A program made the translations under genes and the position numbers. A stretch of 64,000 nt of DNA, taken from Bugula neritina (Eukaryota; Animalia; Bryozoa). A model generated the notes under the pieces. It searched no databases, was not told the DNA's origin, and saw only the letters and a program-made list of their open reading frames with translations. Location: positions 5,919,751-5,983,750 of the forward strand of contig OZ037773.1 of NCBI GenBank assembly GCA_964035545.1, read 5' to 3'. This document shows positions 43,674 through 55,128 of the stretch, one piece after another; the stretch's first letter is position 1, and every line of letters begins with the position of its first letter.

Positions 43674-44449
43674 AAGTCTTTAACTGTTTTAGTTGTTTAT
43701 TTTTCTGCTTTGCCCTTATAAAAAGCTGGATGTCTCTTAAGTAAGCCATTTGCTAATACAATTCAAAAAATTTATCAAATAAAAAATTAAATTGTGCCTC
43801 CACTTTTTACTTTGTTGTTGAACAGTGTATCTGTTACAGTGTCGACTTATATACTAGTTTATTGAATGTGTTACCTATAGCTCATGATACACAACTGTGG
43901 TAAAAAAAATTATGTACTATGATGTTGAGTTTCATCCAATCATAGTGCAGTAGTAGTATAAACAAATTTTAAGAAACAGTAAAATAGTCCGAAAGATGTA
44001 AGCATGTATATTTTTGAAAAAAAAAATTGATGGCTAATAGACAATTTAAACTATAAATATCCTATATATAGGAATACATTAATAAAATTTCTATATATTT
44101 ATTGTTTGTATATTCAGATGATTATGCAATACAGAGCACCATATCTTGTAGTATACAAATTCTCAAATCATTGCAGAATACTTCATACTCAATATTCACA
44201 GTTTTATTCATATAAATACTGAAAAAAATGTTCAAATACATAATAAAATTATGCCAGAACATACCACCATCCACTAACAGCTGCTGTATTATCAGAAATA
44301 TAAGCTATATTTACATGTATTGTAATGTAAATTATATAAGCACTATCATCAACTTTGTTAATATATGTTATAGCATTGTAATAGCAATAATATGTTTATT
44401 TTACTCAATTTAATTAGATAAGGCCATACATGAGTTTCTGATGCTGACA

Positions 44450-44757
44450 TTTTTCATTCTTTAATAAGTCCACAAGAGTAATGATGAGGGATAAACGATG
44501 CATGGTCTTTAATTCAAAATAAATACAATATATAGCTTCCGGTGTAGATGTAAATCAAGTACAGTTAGGGATAAAACTTGAGTAGCTTTCAGCTAGAGGT
44601 AAATTCAAAAGTAGAGTTTATCCAATGGCAAGTAGAAGAAATAGACCTTTCTTTAGAAATAGATGAGATGTGCTGCATGTTAGGGTTGGTCATGTGATGA
44701 TATAGCTCTCGTATCAGTTCTCTTAACACCTGCCTCTCCGTGAATACCTGCATAGAC
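44450..44757 (-). pseudogene. Stranded, degenerate copy of TKFC exon 6 plus adjacent intron
   Basis: GTTAGGGTTGGTCATGTGAT..AGCTCTCGTATCAG..CCTCTCCGTGAATACCTGCATAGAC matches 60385-60530 with a 23-nt deletion. Intronic similarity extends to ~60200. Confidence 0.85.
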
Positions 44758-46422
44758 CTACAGCTGAGTTATAGAAACGTTTGTATAGAACTATATAGAA
44801 CAATATACTGTTGCCTTCTAATTTATCTCAGTACTGAATCTAGTTTGCTGACTCATAATAATTTTTGGAAATGGGAGAATGGAAATTCCACTTCTAATTA
44901 TGACACTTCCATGCATTGGAAGCCATTATTTGTACAGTCTAAATTTTATTGATTTCTTTTGTCTAAAATGCTGCCAGTTTTTTAAAAAAACTCAATCTTG
45001 ATCATTATCAGGTTATACAAAATCGCAGCTAAACTTCCATACTGATCTTAAGCAATGTGTGTAACCTATAATATGGGTGTAAAAAAGGCAGGGCCTTCTG
45101 TATACTGAGCATGGCTTGCTCTAGGATAGCTCTGTCATAGCTGTTGACTAATGGTATTTATTGGTAGCATAATGAGACTTAGTCTGGTTTGCTGGCTCAT
45201 AATTATCATTGGAATAGGGAGAATGAAAATTCCACTTTTAATGCTGTCACTTCCCTACATTGAATGCCATTATTTATACACTGTTGATTTCTTTTGTCTA
45301 TAGACATATTAATTTTTCGAATAACTCAATCTTACGTAATACCAGGTTACACAAAATGGCAGTTGAATTCCTGATTTGACTTTTATATACTTACTTATGT
45401 AATATGTATAACCTATCTGTGTGTTACCAAACCAAGGCATTAAGCATACTGAGTCTTTCATTGATGTTTATCAGTTTAGAGTTTAGACCATGTCCAGTGC
45501 AGTATTTTCTACCGCTTTTTCTTATATTGATGCTTTGAACCTTCTTTGAAATAAATATAAACCATGATTCATTAGCATCAATATTAACATGAATAGAATG
45601 GAATAGAATAGAGCTGCACTGCTAAAGCTTAAGAGTCCTTTGTCACACAACACTTTATTGTATTAATAAAAAATTCTATACTATAAATGAAGAAAACTGG
45701 CAGGAAAATTTCACACTACAAAAAAGATTTTCACAATGGGAAAGTCTAGCCAAATAAATTAGTAAAAACATTTCATAATAAATAAGATTTTGTCTACAGA
45801 ATACACATTTACACATTTACACTATAGGACCTATTTAGGTGCATTGAGCAAGACTCAGCTTTCTCATTACCTAAGAACGGGGCTTTTTTGTAGGAAGTCA
45901 CTGCAAAGCTAATTAGCTGCTTTAATAATTACAAAGGCTGCATTCATTGGCTCTGCAGTCACCTTTGCTAAATCAAGTGACAATTGAGATCTCTTGGCTA
46001 CTTCCTTGGGTATAACACAAATTATAGAATTATACTTAAAGAAGCATATTGGTCAACCAGGAAAAGTCAGTTGTGAAAACTGGTTTTTCAACCACTAACA
46101 TCCTGTGTCTTAATAGTTTAAACTACTCCATGTATAGGAATTAACCATCTTTTTTAAATATAAAACTTCAAAAAGTTCAAAACTGAAGTTTTACACCATT
46201 CAATAGTAATTTTGTTTATGATTCCATTGCTATAATATATAAAATTATAAAATAATGTTAAATCAATATCCTATCTGCTAGGTAAATATGTATATAAGTA
46301 GTATATGATCGCAATATCATTTCAATAGAATATGAACACTTATAGTCTGAGTTTATAAGTTGAAATATGTATTAGATTTCCTTTAAAGTTATTATGCTAT
46401 AACCAGCATTTCTGTTGGTAGA

Positions 46423-46782
46423 TTACCTATAATTATACACTGTATTTGTGATGGCTGAAAGCATTTGCACGTAAAAAGCCATTATAGTGTACTCTACTTT
46501 TTTCAATTCAGGATTGTTCTTTCCAAACATCAGCCCACAAAAGCCACTAATTACGCAACACACGAGCTTCAATATGCTGCTGCGTCCAGCAAAAATGTAA
46601 AAGTTATAGCAAGAAGCGAAGCCACTCATGATAAATGCCAGCTTTAAAACTGCTGAAAAATCGCAGTTGCTAAAAAGAGAGTAAATCAGGTATCCCAGAG
46701 ACCAACCATGAACCATCATACAGGCGTAGAAGAAGACTTCAATACCCCACTCTGAGGAATCTCCTGCATGACCAATATTCAT
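46423..46782 (-). CDS. Family B small ~4-TM protein, copy B3 (119 aa)
   Basis: MNIGHAGDSSEWG..VHGWSLGYLI..KLA..CCVISGFCGLM; clear paralog of B4. Confidence 0.8.
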   Translation of the reverse strand: MNIGHAGDSSEWGIEVFFYACMMVHGWSLGYLIYSLFSNCDFSAVLKLAFIMSGFASCYNFYIFAGRSSILKLVCCVISGFCGLMFGKNNPELKKVEYTIMAFYVQMLSAITNTVYNYR

Positions 46783-48894
46783 TTTGCTTTTACTAGCTGT
46801 AAACTATTCTCTAAAACAGAAACATGCATTCTCTAAACACATACATATAAGTATACCAATTGGTACTGAAATTTATATTTAAACATTAAGCTTAATAATA
46901 TTTTAGTTTGTACATGGCAGCTTAAGAGTGACTGTAATGCAATGTTATCCAAGGTGGACTTTAGTTAACATGACTAACATCTTAAAATATTCATGCTATA
47001 GGCTGCAGCACTTATACTATACGGATAAACTGGTACCAAAGCTTCATCTACTTTATATGAATTGGGTTTTGTGTTTTCCTTCACCATATATAGCTATTTA
47101 CCATAATATAGAGTTTATATCTAGCTTTGGAAAATGAAGCCAGTATTTTTAAGTTAATGTTGATTATACTTAAGCATTTTTCTAACAATTCAGTAAAGGT
47201 AAAGCCCTTTAAATCTTCAACTCAACAGGGATCGCTACACTAAATTAATTAGGTTTTTAATTTTAAGTTACTGTTAGAAAGATATTATGGTACATACAGT
47301 TACACTTACCTTTTATTTAATTTTATTATATTAATACAATATATATAGATATATTACATCAATATTAAGAAAGAGTAGTTCAGTGCTTCTCTAGCAGCTC
47401 TCTGAAATTCAGACTCTAATTTACTGGGTTGAAACTTGCCAACTTATGTTATCAACTTAAATCAGTGCTTTCTCAATATGTTGAAACTTTCTATAGCAGC
47501 TATAGAAACCTACTGTTGCTTTCTGATTCATCTTAGTAAATCTAGTTTGCTGACTCATAATCATGTTTGGAAATGGGAGAATGGAAATTCCACTTTTAAT
47601 GCTGAAACTTTCCCTGCATTAAAAACCATTATTTGTACTGGTTAAAGTTTACTGACTTCTTTTGTCTATAATAATGCCAGCTTTTTAAGCAATTCAAATT
47701 TGATCAATATACACAAAATGGCAGCCAAACTTCCATACTGATCTTATGCAATGTGTAGAACATATAATCTGAGTGTAACTATAAGCCAAAACCTTACGTA
47801 TACTGTACATGGTTTGCTCTGGGATAGCAGCTATCATAGCTGTTGACTGATGATGTTTATTGTTAACAGAATGAGACTTTGTTTGACCTCAATATAAAGC
47901 ACATTTAAACATTTATGTATTGAAATTCCATGCTGATTTCCTTATTTTTGGTATTTAGTAAAGTCTTAAATCTACTTCATTAACTATGACGCTAGTTTAC
48001 TAGCTCAAATTGATAACAAGTTCATTGCTAAGTAGAAGGTACTAAGTTTAGGTGAACAGGAGAGCTACTCTCTCTCTCTTTTGGAATTATGAGAATTATT
48101 AAAAAGTTAAAACCTGAATTTACAGCTAACAGCTACCGGCCTTCTTTGTTTTGGGAAATTTTAAAAAAGATCAGTTCTTTTTGCTAAAAATACTTTTAAA
48201 AATCAAGAAACATGCAGAGTGAGTTGCATTTAATTATGACAAAATGTTATAAGTCTCAAGTTGCGTTTATACCTCTGCTGAAAAAAGTACCGAGTTTAAG
48301 TTAATAATGCTTGGTATAAAGGCAACCTTACAGGAAAACCCATTTACTAAAATTTGCTCATACAGCAAGCATTTTAAAACTATACTAATTACAGTACTGG
48401 TAGATTATGATATGTATACTTTTAAGAATATGTAAGTTGGTTTGAAATAATAATAATATGTATATATATACTATATTATTATCATCCATTCAGTAATTGG
48501 TGGAAACTAACATTAATTTAGCTGCAAAGCAGCTTTCAACTAATTTAAGTTTTGCAAAAGTTGCTACAAATAAAAAGAAAAGTATTAAATTAGCGTTGAT
48601 TATTTTATTTCTCTATTTCTGTGTATATATACAGGTATATATAAGAAGTACATAAGCAAATAGTACTTTTCTCCTTACATGTCTTATAAACTAATATTAT
48701 ACTTTTTCCTCGAAATAACATACATACATACATTCAGTTTACTTAATATATATATAGAAAAAGAGTTAAATTTACTCTCTAAGTTAAGAAAAAATGGTAG
48801 CTGGTTATAAGCAAAAGTGAAAAAACAGCTTTATGCAACATTAATTACCATATATCACAATTAAAGTAAATTGCTATGACAAAAATAATGCTAT

Positions 48895-48897
<3 letters not shown>

Positions 48898-48982
<85 letters not shown>
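48898..48982. repeat. (TA)n(TG)n microsatellite
   Basis: Read directly. Confidence 0.97.
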
Positions 48983-48983
<1 letters not shown>

Positions 48984-49293
48984 AAAAGTAGACATTAAGC
49001 CTTGAGTAAAAGGTGACCAAAGGCTAAGGTATTCATATAAGCAAATACAGCACAGAACTTTTTTCGCCAACTTTAGTTTTATTAAATGGCATTGCTAGAA
49101 CAATACCTGGTTATGGCAGGCTATGGCTATGCCTGGCTATAATGCTTTTGGTATTGAATGGTTTCTCATATAGCTTATATTATTGTAAGTGCCAAAGTAG
49201 GTATAATCTTATAGAGCATATAGCATATAGAGCATATAATATAATCTAATTTAGTTAGCCTATCTATAAAAGTGCAAAAACACACTACTTCAT

Positions 49294-49794
49294 TTAGGAC
49301 ACAAGTTTTTTAAAATTCTGCTCTTTAGCACATGAAGCAGCTTTCCAGCAAGTCAAAATGTAAATAAACATTAATGCCAAACAATAAATATTCAAGCAAG
49401 ATGAAGGCTTGTTGTTAGTGAAATTATCATGATATCTGGGTAGTTTCTCTTTGTTATCGTGATTTGTTTGGTTTGTTATCCATCCAATCGTTGCACCAAC
49501 AAACATGCCAAACAATGCAAGAGAGACATTTTGAAAATACAAAATGTCACGAAGTTCTGCTTCACTCGTTGCTACTGGGCATGTTATTAGTCCATCACTG
49601 TTGGTCAAAAACCTTGTTAAAATAAACAAACACGCCAACAGATACCCTATTTTCATCAGAAAATTGTGGACTTTAGAGAAGCATTGGTCTCTAGAAAAGT
49701 CTTTAGCTAACCAACCTAATCCACCTCCAAAGAGAACTGCAATAACTTCAATTATTACTTCTTGAGAAATGCTATTGGCATAGGAAAGAACTAT
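49294..49794 (-). CDS. Family A small ~4-TM protein, copy A3; the homologous start codon is ATA and the first in-frame ATG is at 49656
   Basis: The frame stays open 46 codons upstream of the tracked ORF: (I)VLSYANSISQEVIIEVIAVLFGGGLGWL..; also GLITCP, LALFGMFVGATIGW, LPRY, WKAASCAK. Confidence 0.7.
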   Translation of the reverse strand: MVLSYANSISQEVIIEVIAVLFGGGLGWLAKDFSRDQCFSKVHNFLMKIGYLLACLFILTRFLTNSDGLITCPVATSEAELRDILYFQNVSLALFGMFVGATIGWITNQTNHDNKEKLPRYHDNFTNNKPSSCLNIYCLALMFIYILTCWKAASCAKEQNFKKLVS

Positions 49795-50760
49795 TTTGAC
49801 TTTACTTCTGTAAAACAGGAAATGGAGCTAAAAGCAAAAATTAAGATTTTGGCGTTAAAAGCTTTGTATAACAATCACTCAACATGCAAGTATCAACCTC
49901 TGCCATAAAATTTATAGTGACAAGGTTTAGCTTTAAAAAATAAAATATATAAAAACTCACTTGTATAATGGATGCAGAAAGTAGCTCTACTTATGCAAAG
50001 TGCTTTCACGCAAGTGTGTAGGCTTGAGGACACTATATACTGTATATTACTATCAAGTTCTTTTAGGAAGAGTTGCTGAATGATTCACAACAATAGAATA
50101 TATAGTGAAAGAAATTAGAAGTACACCACAATGAAGCTATTTTGTGCGCAAGGGAAATACCCTATGCATGTCTGTCATGAGTTAACATGCTAAATATATG
50201 ATATAATTATAATGCAAAATTAGAGCTGCAACAGTCATAGTAAAAGTCATAGTTGTAAATTGACTCTATACACAACCGGCTATTACCGTAGTATTGCTGT
50301 ATGCAGCAGACTTTTATAAGTAGCAAATCAAAATCAAAATTCTAGCAATTCTTTCGCTAGTTTTAACAGAAGTTTGTGATTGTATCTGTATGGTTATGCA
50401 ATTATAATGCAAAAGCCACATATGTGCCAATGTTATCAGTTAGGCTTAATTGTTGCTCAATAAATTTTTCGCATGTTTTTATTTGGTGACACTATGTTAT
50501 TATTAGAATTTAAAATATTACATTATATTACTCGACAGAATATAATGGAATATTTTATTTTAAGCTGTAAGGTTTTTTATTAGTATTCTACATTCTACAC
50601 AGCTATCTCCTTCAGTGTATAGATCATTGTGTACGTACACAATGATGGCATAAAAAGAATGAATGCAATATTGTTACAGTATATATAACAATTTAAAGTT
50701 TATTTTTTGCTTATTAGTTAGAATAATGTACTTGTAAAATTTAGCATATTATAGTTATAT

Positions 50761-51102
50761 TTAGGACACAAGTTTTAAGATGAACGAAATGAATTGCACT
50801 AAAAATGCCAATATATCAACATCAACAACATGTAAACCATCCATTCCTTCTCTAACAATCAGGCCAAAAATCCCACTGCATAGACAACAGCCTATCTTTA
50901 TCACATCGCTGTTTTCAATTAAATGGGAGCAGCAATGACAGCCAGCAATGATAGCTGCCAGTTTAAAAATAGCCCAAATATCACATTTGGTAAACAGGGA
51001 GTGAATCAGATGTCCCAGAGACCACCCGTGAGTTATTACACAGAAATAAAAGAAGAGTTGAGGACCCCACTCTAAAGAATCTCCTGAATGATCAATATTC
51101 AT
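50761..51102 (-). CDS. Family B small ~4-TM protein, copy B4 (113 aa)
   Basis: MNIDHSGDSLEWG..THGWSLGHLI..GCHCCSHL..GCCLCSGIFGLIV. Acceptor at ~51134 and donor at ~51638 indicate a non-coding first exon. Confidence 0.8.
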   Translation of the reverse strand: MNIDHSGDSLEWGPQLFFYFCVITHGWSLGHLIHSLFTKCDIWAIFKLAAIIAGCHCCSHLIENSDVIKIGCCLCSGIFGLIVREGMDGLHVVDVDILAFLVQFISFILKLVS

Positions 51103-51859
51103 TTTGCTTCCACCAGCTCACTGAGTGTTTATCTAAAACAGAAACCTTCTCCATTCACTAACTGCATTAATAGATTATAATTAAGTACCATGCAATTAAT
51201 ATTGAAATACCACGACAAGCTTTGTTTTAGTTTGTAAAAAATAACCCGGCCAAGAGCTATTATAATGCAATGTTATTAATTGCTGCTGTATCAATTACTG
51301 TACTTTAAAGCAGGTGGAGTTTTGCTAACATGACTCAATTGTATATAACATAAAATATTCGGGATAAAGTGCAGCACGTACTATGGATTAACTGTTTTAA
51401 AAGCTTCATCCACTTGATGTGAACCAGTTTTTGTGTTTTCAATTACCATATATAGCTGCAGCCCAGTCTTGATGAACTTGTATCTAACTGTGCAAAGTAA
51501 AACTAGTGTTGATTATAAGAAAAGTTTTAAAAAATTCAGTAAACCCTCTAAATCTTTAAACAATTTAAACCGTGAGCTTCACTAAACTAAATTTAGAGTT
51601 GAAGTTGTCTAAAAAAATATGTGGTACAGCTACACTTACCTTTTATTTAATTTTATTATATTAATACAAATACAATATAGATATATTACACCAATATTAA
51701 GAAAGGAGTAGTCCAGTACTTCTCTAGCAGCTCTCTTAAACTGTCTGTGTAAGAAAAGTAACTGGAGTAAATGAATGCCTGGTATATATGAACTGCATTT
51801 ATATTGTGTGAAGGAATAACATAATGATAATATTATTATAACTGTTGCTATGCTGTTCG

Positions 51860-51871
51860 GGGGAATTCCCC
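51860..51871. promoter_or_regulatory. Palindromic kB site GGGGAATTCCCC upstream of B4
   Basis: Perfect NF-kB consensus about 70 bp upstream (minus strand) of a TATATA at 51783-51789. Confidence 0.55.
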
Positions 51872-52847
51872 TGCTTAAATATTCCAGTAAAAGATTTGTA
51901 CCAATTGTGCAAATAATAGAAATAACAAAGTATAGATTTGTTCATAGAAATCATTATATTATATACCTAATTAAATAAACTTTTGTGCATGTGTTCTAAT
52001 GTTTAAAACTTGTCTTCAATTGATTACAATAGTTAAAGACTGACCTTTTAAACACAGACCTCTGCTTCATAGTTTTTAGTTTAACTTCAACTGGAAATTT
52101 TCAAAACTATCTAAATTATCGTATGGGTTATAGATCAACTTATAATAAAAATATTCTCATCAATTATGGAACAGTTTTTATTCATTATGAAATAAGTTGA
52201 TCTAAAGAATGTAGTAGGAAGAAATATACAACCTAAAAAAAATTTTACAACTGCAACTATATTTAGAATTTATATGTTTCCAGCTAAGTATAGGGTTTTA
52301 ATAGAAATTAATTAACAATGCAGAAGATTATGAAGATGTAAGGCTGAGTTCACACCGAGGCAAAAGGTCACAGGTCAAATGTCAAGGGCCCTTTAATTTT
52401 GTCAACATTTTACTGTAATCAATCAAAGTTATAAAAGCTATAACTTCTACCCCCCCCCCCCCCCCAAAAGCATAATATACATATTATCTACCAAATCTAC
52501 AGAGAAATTGTTGACAAACAAAATGCTTTATTGGATATTCCTAAAAATATGTGTGTAAAATAATTTGAATAATCTAATCACTATTCAAGCTGGTTGTTAA
52601 TTTCAGTTTTAGTTAACAATTGTGCTTGCAATTAGTAAAGGCTAAACTTTCAAGCTGGTTAAAACTATTACAGTTTTGCAAAATTATACTCAAGGTTGCA
52701 TTTTATTTTGCTTTATTTAATGAAGATTTGACAAACAATTATTTTACCGGCAGTAAATCCCGATACAATAAAAGCATAGTTGAAATATTATTATGGAAAT
52801 ATAATATAATAAAGAGGACTTATAATGAACAAAAAAGCTGTAAGATG

Positions 52848-54006
52848 TCAATCAGATGTGTTCTTTTTTGCACATTGAGCAGCTTTACTGCTGACAATTA
52901 TAAAGAATGACAGCAGCATACAAATGTGAATACATTGAAAAATCCCTGCACATGTGATGGTGGGGCAACTCCCATTAGTCTTAGGTAACTCATCTACCTT
53001 GGTTGGTAATAGAAAGGATCTAATCTGCCATCCGACTGCAGCACCAACAAACGCTGCCAGCATGGCAAGATACATGTTCTGTCGATGAAGCATGTGTTTG
53101 AATTCAGCTTCATCGGAAGTCTCCGGGCATGTCAAAAGCCCGTTACTACTGTTCAAAGCCAATACTAGACAAGCTACAAGAACTAGGACGTAAACTATTA
53201 CAACTACAGCATAGAAGCAGCTTGAGCCTTTTCCTTTGAGGTTAGCTTTAAGGTTACAACTAAACCAACCCACAATGCACCCAATAAAGAATCCAAGTAA
53301 ATCCACTAAGACTTCTTGGGAGATGGCATCAGCGTAGGAGGACCCAATTTTACTCGAATCCAAGTCTGTATCAGCAATCTACAAGTTCACTGGCTTTTAC
53401 ATTTACTGGCTATTATATTTACAAAGCTGGTTAAGATTCAATAAAGAAATTTACAAAAACAAATTGTTTACACAATTGATGCATGCAAGGAATTGTCAAA
53501 AATGTCATTTAAAAAAAACACACTTTGAAAATGGACAGAGCAAAAATGGGCGCTCTATAATTCAGTGGAGCCCAAAATTGATAGCTTATTGCAAGTGTGG
53601 AAAATTTAGAATGTAGTATATCTATTTAGAAAAAAGAAAAATTAACTCAGTATTGAAGTAAGACTTAGTAAGACTATTTTATAGGCTTTTATATAATCTT
53701 AGTTAGTAGCTTTTCAATGATTTCAACTCCTTTTGCTACATAGTTAGCATCTAGGTTGGATATATGTAAATATATATGAATTACATCTGATATGATTAAC
53801 CAGGTATCAATTATTTAGCCCAGTTTGTTTAGAAATGCCTGATTTTGCATGATGTTAGCTCAACTTACTTTCACTGTGAAATTCACTGTGACTGTGAAAT
53901 TCACTTTCATTTAATGTTTTCGGTCATTTATAGTTATAGCCTATAAATGTTCATATCTTGCACAAAACTGGGATAACCTTAAATGACTTACCTGTTTGAA
54001 CTGCAT
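52848..54006 (-). CDS. Family A small ~4-TM protein, copy A4 (~181 aa; 15-nt first coding exon 54006-53992, main exon 53378-52848)
   Basis: ATGCAGTTCAAACAG|GTAAGT splices in frame to TGTAG|ATTGCT..; SYADAISQEV, GFFIGCIVGW, GLLTCP, LAAFVGAAVGW, LPK, SKAAQCAK. Confidence 0.78.
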
Positions 54007-54300
54007 ACCTGTAGGTTCTACTTGCTAAGTACAGATACTTGTGAGTTATAGTTTATATACTAGCCAAGTCAGCATCGACATCATGCATCTACTGCATGAC
54101 TGACTTCATCAAATCATAATAATTGAATGGTGCTATAAGCAGCTGCAAGCTGGGAGTGACTGAGTGCAATAGTTTCTGGATCTCGAGTTTGGTGTTACAA
54201 GTTATATACACCACAAACTGCCGCACTCAATCGCCTTTAACTCGAAGCTGCTTACAGAACCATGCATAATTAAAATTGTAGAAGCGACATAGAATTGATG

Positions 54301-54340
54301 GGGGAAATCCCCTTTCGTCAGCATCGGCTATTAACACGTG
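54301..54340. promoter_or_regulatory. kB site (GGGGAAATCCCC) + CGTCA + CACGTG module in the head-to-head region between A4 and B5
   Basis: Perfect NF-kB consensus GGGAAATCCC; spacing conserved with 40972-41011. Confidence 0.6.
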
Positions 54341-54747
54341 TATACTGCTCTGTGGTTGAAAGAATAGTACAATATTGTTGGCAGATGGTAGAAAGATGTA
54401 GTACCTTCGTAATCGACTAACTATAAACTAACTAACTTCATAGCGAGTGACCTAATGGTATACAGTAGTTTTGTCTACAAACACTGCAAAGACAGGTGAG
54501 CTAAAAGTTTATGTAATACTTCAGATACATAGAATAAGTCTCAGCATGTATTTGAGGCATTGAAACAAAACCACTTCAACTGAGTTTTAATTCAGTGGTT
54601 TGAAGTACAAAGGATTTGAATTTCAATATCTAGTCTTACTATATAATTATTGACCTAGTTTATCCTATAACTTGATGTTACTTTGAACATGCTGTGTGTT
54701 GTAGAGCAAGGCCAGTGTTCTACTCCTGAAGTGCATCTCCCATCACA

Positions 54748-55128
54748 ATGAGCATTGATGATGTCCCCTGGTACAGAATCCTTCTGTGCATCCTTTGCTG
54801 TGTACATGGATGGGCATCAGGATTTGTGATAGGATCAGTGCTGAGCTTCAGGAGTTGTAACAAGTCACACAATTCGTGTCTTTCTTTTCTAAAGCTAATC
54901 TGTATTCTAATTGGTGGTTGCTGTTGTCTCGACTTGCACCAAAAAACTGAATTAAGTAGCCACTTGGAAGGCATAGTGTTTGTTATATCAACAATAGTTG
55001 GACTGATGTTTCAAAAAGCTATCCGTGATGACCATGATTACGAGGGCCACAATGAATGTGCAAATTTTACACAAATTTTGATCACCACAATAAGTGTTAT
55101 TGTAGAATCAGTTCATAATTTATCGTAG
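54748..55128 (+). CDS. Family B small ~4-TM protein, copy B5 (126 aa)
   Basis: CCVHGWASGFVIGSVL, CLSFLKLICILIGGCCCLDL, IVFVISTIVGLM. Donor at ~54495, acceptor at ~54703. Confidence 0.8.
   Translation: MSIDDVPWYRILLCILCCVHGWASGFVIGSVLSFRSCNKSHNSCLSFLKLICILIGGCCCLDLHQKTELSSHLEGIVFVISTIVGLMFQKAIRDDHDYEGHNECANFTQILITTISVIVESVHNLS

Noticed and set aside
44730-47650. Similar ORFs 44740..44952 and 47436..47645 (..SSLLTHN..WKWENGNST..) as a third protein family
   Set aside because: They lie in a repeated non-coding cassette segment; other copies (~42.7, ~45.2, ~34.9 kb) carry indels and stops, and the starts are non-ATG.
43193-54974. Mutually similar antisense ORFs 43193..43555 and 54720..54974 (also 41280..41465, 36796..37062, 49544..49765)
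   Set aside because: Shadows of the duplicated family A/B genes; their lengths and starts are not conserved, whereas the sense frames keep motifs and TM pattern.
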